Positions 51,689-52,224 of a DNA stretch of 52,224 bases are shown here, piece by piece. Below the pieces are notes generated by a model. That model searched no databases. It worked only from the letters and a program-made list of their open reading frames with translations, and was not told the origin of the DNA. Both the position numbers and the translations under genes were made by a program. The DNA is from a virus (lineage: Duplodnaviria; Caudoviricetes). Location of the stretch: IMG/VR virus record IMGVR_UViG_3300032242_000862, positions 1 through 52,224 of that record; one strand, 5' to 3'. Numbering within the stretch: the stretch's first letter is position 1; each line of letters begins with the position of its first letter.

Positions 51689-52224
51689 ATGGCAAACATC
51701 CCATCATGGGTAATGACGTATGACGACTTGACCTCCACAGTGCTTCAATACTTGGAGCGCAAGGACGCTGCTGTCGTCAATGCCATCCCAACATTTATTT
51801 CCCTTGCTGAGTTTGAAATTGCCCAAGAGATCAAAACCTTGGGTCAGTTGCAGATCGTTGAGTCGACCATGACATCGGCAAACCCAGTCCTGCAAAAACC
51901 TGCCCGGTGGCGCAAGACAGTTTCCATGAACGTCTCGATCAACGGTGTGCGCCAGCCTGTTCTGTTGCGTAAGTACGAATATCTCAAAAACTATTGGCCA
52001 GACAGCAGCAAGACTGACATCCCACTGTTCTACGCTGACACCGATTGGGAGCACTGGTATCTGGCACCAACTCCAGCGACCAATTACTCGTTTGAGGTTC
52101 TGTACTACGAGCGGATTGCACCGCTGAGTTCAACCAACCAAACCAACTGGCTGACACAAAACGCACCGAACGCCATGTTGTTCGGAACCTTGTTGCAGGC
52201 GATGCCGTTCCTGAAAAATGACCA
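51689..52224 (+). CDS. Head-tail adaptor-like protein (5' part; continues through the junction to position 226)
   Basis: AAGGA RBS; MTYDDL...YLER...IPTFI.LAE, P.FYA, APTP...Y.FE.LYY and NWL..NAP motifs; no stop before the window end. Confidence 0.75.
   Translation, partial: MANIPSWVMTYDDLTSTVLQYLERKDAAVVNAIPTFISLAEFEIAQEIKTLGQLQIVESTMTSANPVLQKPARWRKTVSMNVSINGVRQPVLLRKYEYLKNYWPDSSKTDIPLFYADTDWEHWYLAPTPATNYSFEVLYYERIAPLSSTNQTNWLTQNAPNAMLFGTLLQAMPFLKND
52102..52224. repeat. Terminal direct repeat, copy 2
   Basis: Identical to 1-123. Confidence 0.97.

Noticed and set aside
52102-52224. 123-bp terminal repeat as a biological direct terminal repeat
   Set aside because: It falls mid-gene and the ORF reads through the junction, so an assembler overlap of a circular or permuted genome is the simpler explanation.

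Overview
The window is an apparently complete, circularly permuted genome of a tailed dsDNA phage. It has 52,101 unique bases, and 1-123 repeats exactly at 52102-52224, splitting one gene. An Rz/Rz1 spanin pair indicates a Gram-negative host, and the gene content suggests a freshwater betaproteobacterial podovirus-like phage (inference). Layout: tail and ejected proteins (229-10670); a short leftward operon with a PD-(D/E)XK nuclease, an SSB-like protein and small membrane proteins; a rightward block of Cro-like HTH, ParB-like protein, SF2 helicase and Toprim protein; about 430 nt of structured non-coding DNA; about 28 small accessory genes including RuvC-like and Ref-like nucleases; TerS/TerL; a 1573-aa modular protein; portal, GroES, scaffold and capsid; a cluster of basic or His-rich proteins; adaptor, tail fibres and lysis cassette. 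I recognised no integrase, DNA or RNA polymerase, tRNA or CRISPR array. Main leads: (1) three dispersed copies of a perfect 17-bp palindrome, one inside an orphan ParB-like gene; (2) a [hydrophobic/basic]-[AKE]-x-G-G tag repeated about 35 times in putative virion cargo proteins, which divides the large protein into modules, one of them HhH-glycosylase-like; (3) tandem TonB-box-like motifs in an ejection protein; (4) a pseudoknotted non-coding RNA next to the primase gene; (5) boxB-like leader hairpins. All functional calls come from motifs read by eye; no searches were run.
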